Positions 62,839 to 64,000 of a stretch of DNA of 64,000 nt are shown here, one piece after another. This DNA is from an uncultured Methanoregulaceae archaeon (GTDB lineage: Archaea; Halobacteriota; Methanomicrobia; Methanomicrobiales; Methanospirillaceae). Below the pieces are notes generated by a model. It saw nothing but the letters and a program-made list of their open reading frames with translations. It was not told the DNA's origin and searched no databases. Positions within the stretch are counted from its first letter, which is position 1, and each line of letters starts with the position of its first letter. The DNA is taken from assembly GCA_963737635.1 (NCBI GenBank), contig CAVTTL010000001.1, positions 1,600,001 through 1,664,000 on the forward strand. The letters run 5' to 3'. Both the position numbers and the translations under genes were made by a program.

Positions 62839-63795
62839 TCAATTTGACTCTAACGAACAGCTCCCTGTTGCGGGTTCTTTGGATTTTATTGTAAAGTATA
62901 TACGATATTTATATCCAATTTTTGGCCGATAAATAACCCACTCCATCAGATTATCCTTCCAAATGGGCATAACCTTCTGGTTCTTATACATCATCTCGCT
63001 ACTCCACATTCTTTCATCGGAAAAATCTCTTACTTCAATATCAAGAATGTCACCCGTTGCATCTGGTCTAATTGGTGAGGTGATTATGTGCGTTTTTTTC
63101 AGTTCTCCTTCGAGTTTTGCACGGATTCTGAGCTTTTCTGTGACGGCATTTATCGTGACTTGCACCCAATCAATATCTCCTCTTAATGCAAATTCGAAAG
63201 CTTTTGCATGATATTTAATTCGGATGTCACGTGTTTCTTGCGGTGGCGCATGAACTGGAAATTTAACTTCGAATTGGTTATCTAACTTATCCTGATAATC
63301 TGGGGAAGTTCCGGCGTGATATTTAACATCCTCTATAGTGTAATTCATTTTTTTCCCATCTTTACAAAATTCTATACTTTCAAAAGTTGGGTTAGGTGTG
63401 ATTGGATCAAATGAATTGTTAAATTGATAGAGATTGTAGTTATGTTGCATATTATTCCGGATTACCCGAACTTCTTCCATAAGAGTTCCATTTTCTTGGG
63501 AATGCTCATCAAAATACAAATTTTTTTCAAAATTTAAGATTGTAATATCATGTGCTACACAATCATCAATTCTTAATTCGTCGAGCTCCTTAACAAATGT
63601 TCTAACATAGAGCAAGAACGTTAAAATCATAAAACCCAAAAGAAATGCAACAATATAGAGAATTTTTGTAGATAGATCAAGAGAATAAACACAACTTGTA
63701 AGTAATGATATTAGGGCAACTATAATGAGAACTAGTATGAAGATAAGATTCGTTTTGATGGTGGAATATAACCATTTCAATCTATGGGGGTACAA
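62839..63795 (-). CDS. AT-rich hypothetical protein with two N-terminal TM helices
   Basis: 318-aa ORF in DNA visibly more AT-rich than its neighbours. Confidence 0.6.
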   Translation of the reverse strand: MYPHRLKWLYSTIKTNLIFILVLIIVALISLLTSCVYSLDLSTKILYIVAFLLGFMILTFLLYVRTFVKELDELRIDDCVAHDITILNFEKNLYFDEHSQENGTLMEEVRVIRNNMQHNYNLYQFNNSFDPITPNPTFESIEFCKDGKKMNYTIEDVKYHAGTSPDYQDKLDNQFEVKFPVHAPPQETRDIRIKYHAKAFEFALRGDIDWVQVTINAVTEKLRIRAKLEGELKKTHIITSPIRPDATGDILDIEVRDFSDERMWSSEMMYKNQKVMPIWKDNLMEWVIYRPKIGYKYRIYFTIKSKEPATGSCSLESN

Positions 63796-64000
63796 AAAAG
63801 CACCTTACTTTGGAATCTAATTTTTACCCTTCTCTGGCATTGTAACATATCTCCACATACAGTATAGATATCTGCTAGAGATATAAAAAGTTGGTTAACG
63901 GGCGTATTTTTTACTTCTCCGCTCTTACCGTGCCCAAAATAGGGTCACAATGCCTTTTTACTCCGCGCTTTCTCATAATTTTACTTATGATACAACATAT

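Overview
Archaeal chromosome segment, most likely a hydrogenotrophic methanogen of the Methanomicrobiales (Methanoregula-like). This is inferred from the fwd operon, GGGP synthase, a tetraether synthase-like radical SAM enzyme, a PGF-CTERM S-layer gene and hgcAB. Housekeeping blocks (dnaG, pyrC, gatCAB, topA, trmJ, fwd) alternate with accessory blocks. The first accessory block is a ~17 kb mosaic (about 7-24 kb) anchored at tRNA-Leu(TAA). It holds toxin-antitoxin modules, two Fic genes, a Ni/Co permease, a redox cluster, a degenerate tRNA-Leu(GAG) with fragments, and several duplicated gene ends. The second (36-55 kb) holds OsmC with a double-cubane reductase, a two-component cluster, an arsR-hgcAB-acr3-arsC mercury/arsenic cluster and more TA pairs. 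Notable non-coding signals: a ~78-bp imperfect palindrome in four same-orientation copies at module boundaries; a 30-bp duplication around a 36-bp insert in the S-layer signal peptide, resembling ectopic CRISPR spacer integration; a multi-hairpin H/ACA guide RNA candidate after pyrC; and paired operator palindromes between hgcA and arsR. Many genes, including essential ones, carry 1-bp frameshifts that are probably sequencing or assembly errors. All calls come from reading the sequence by eye; no database searches were run.
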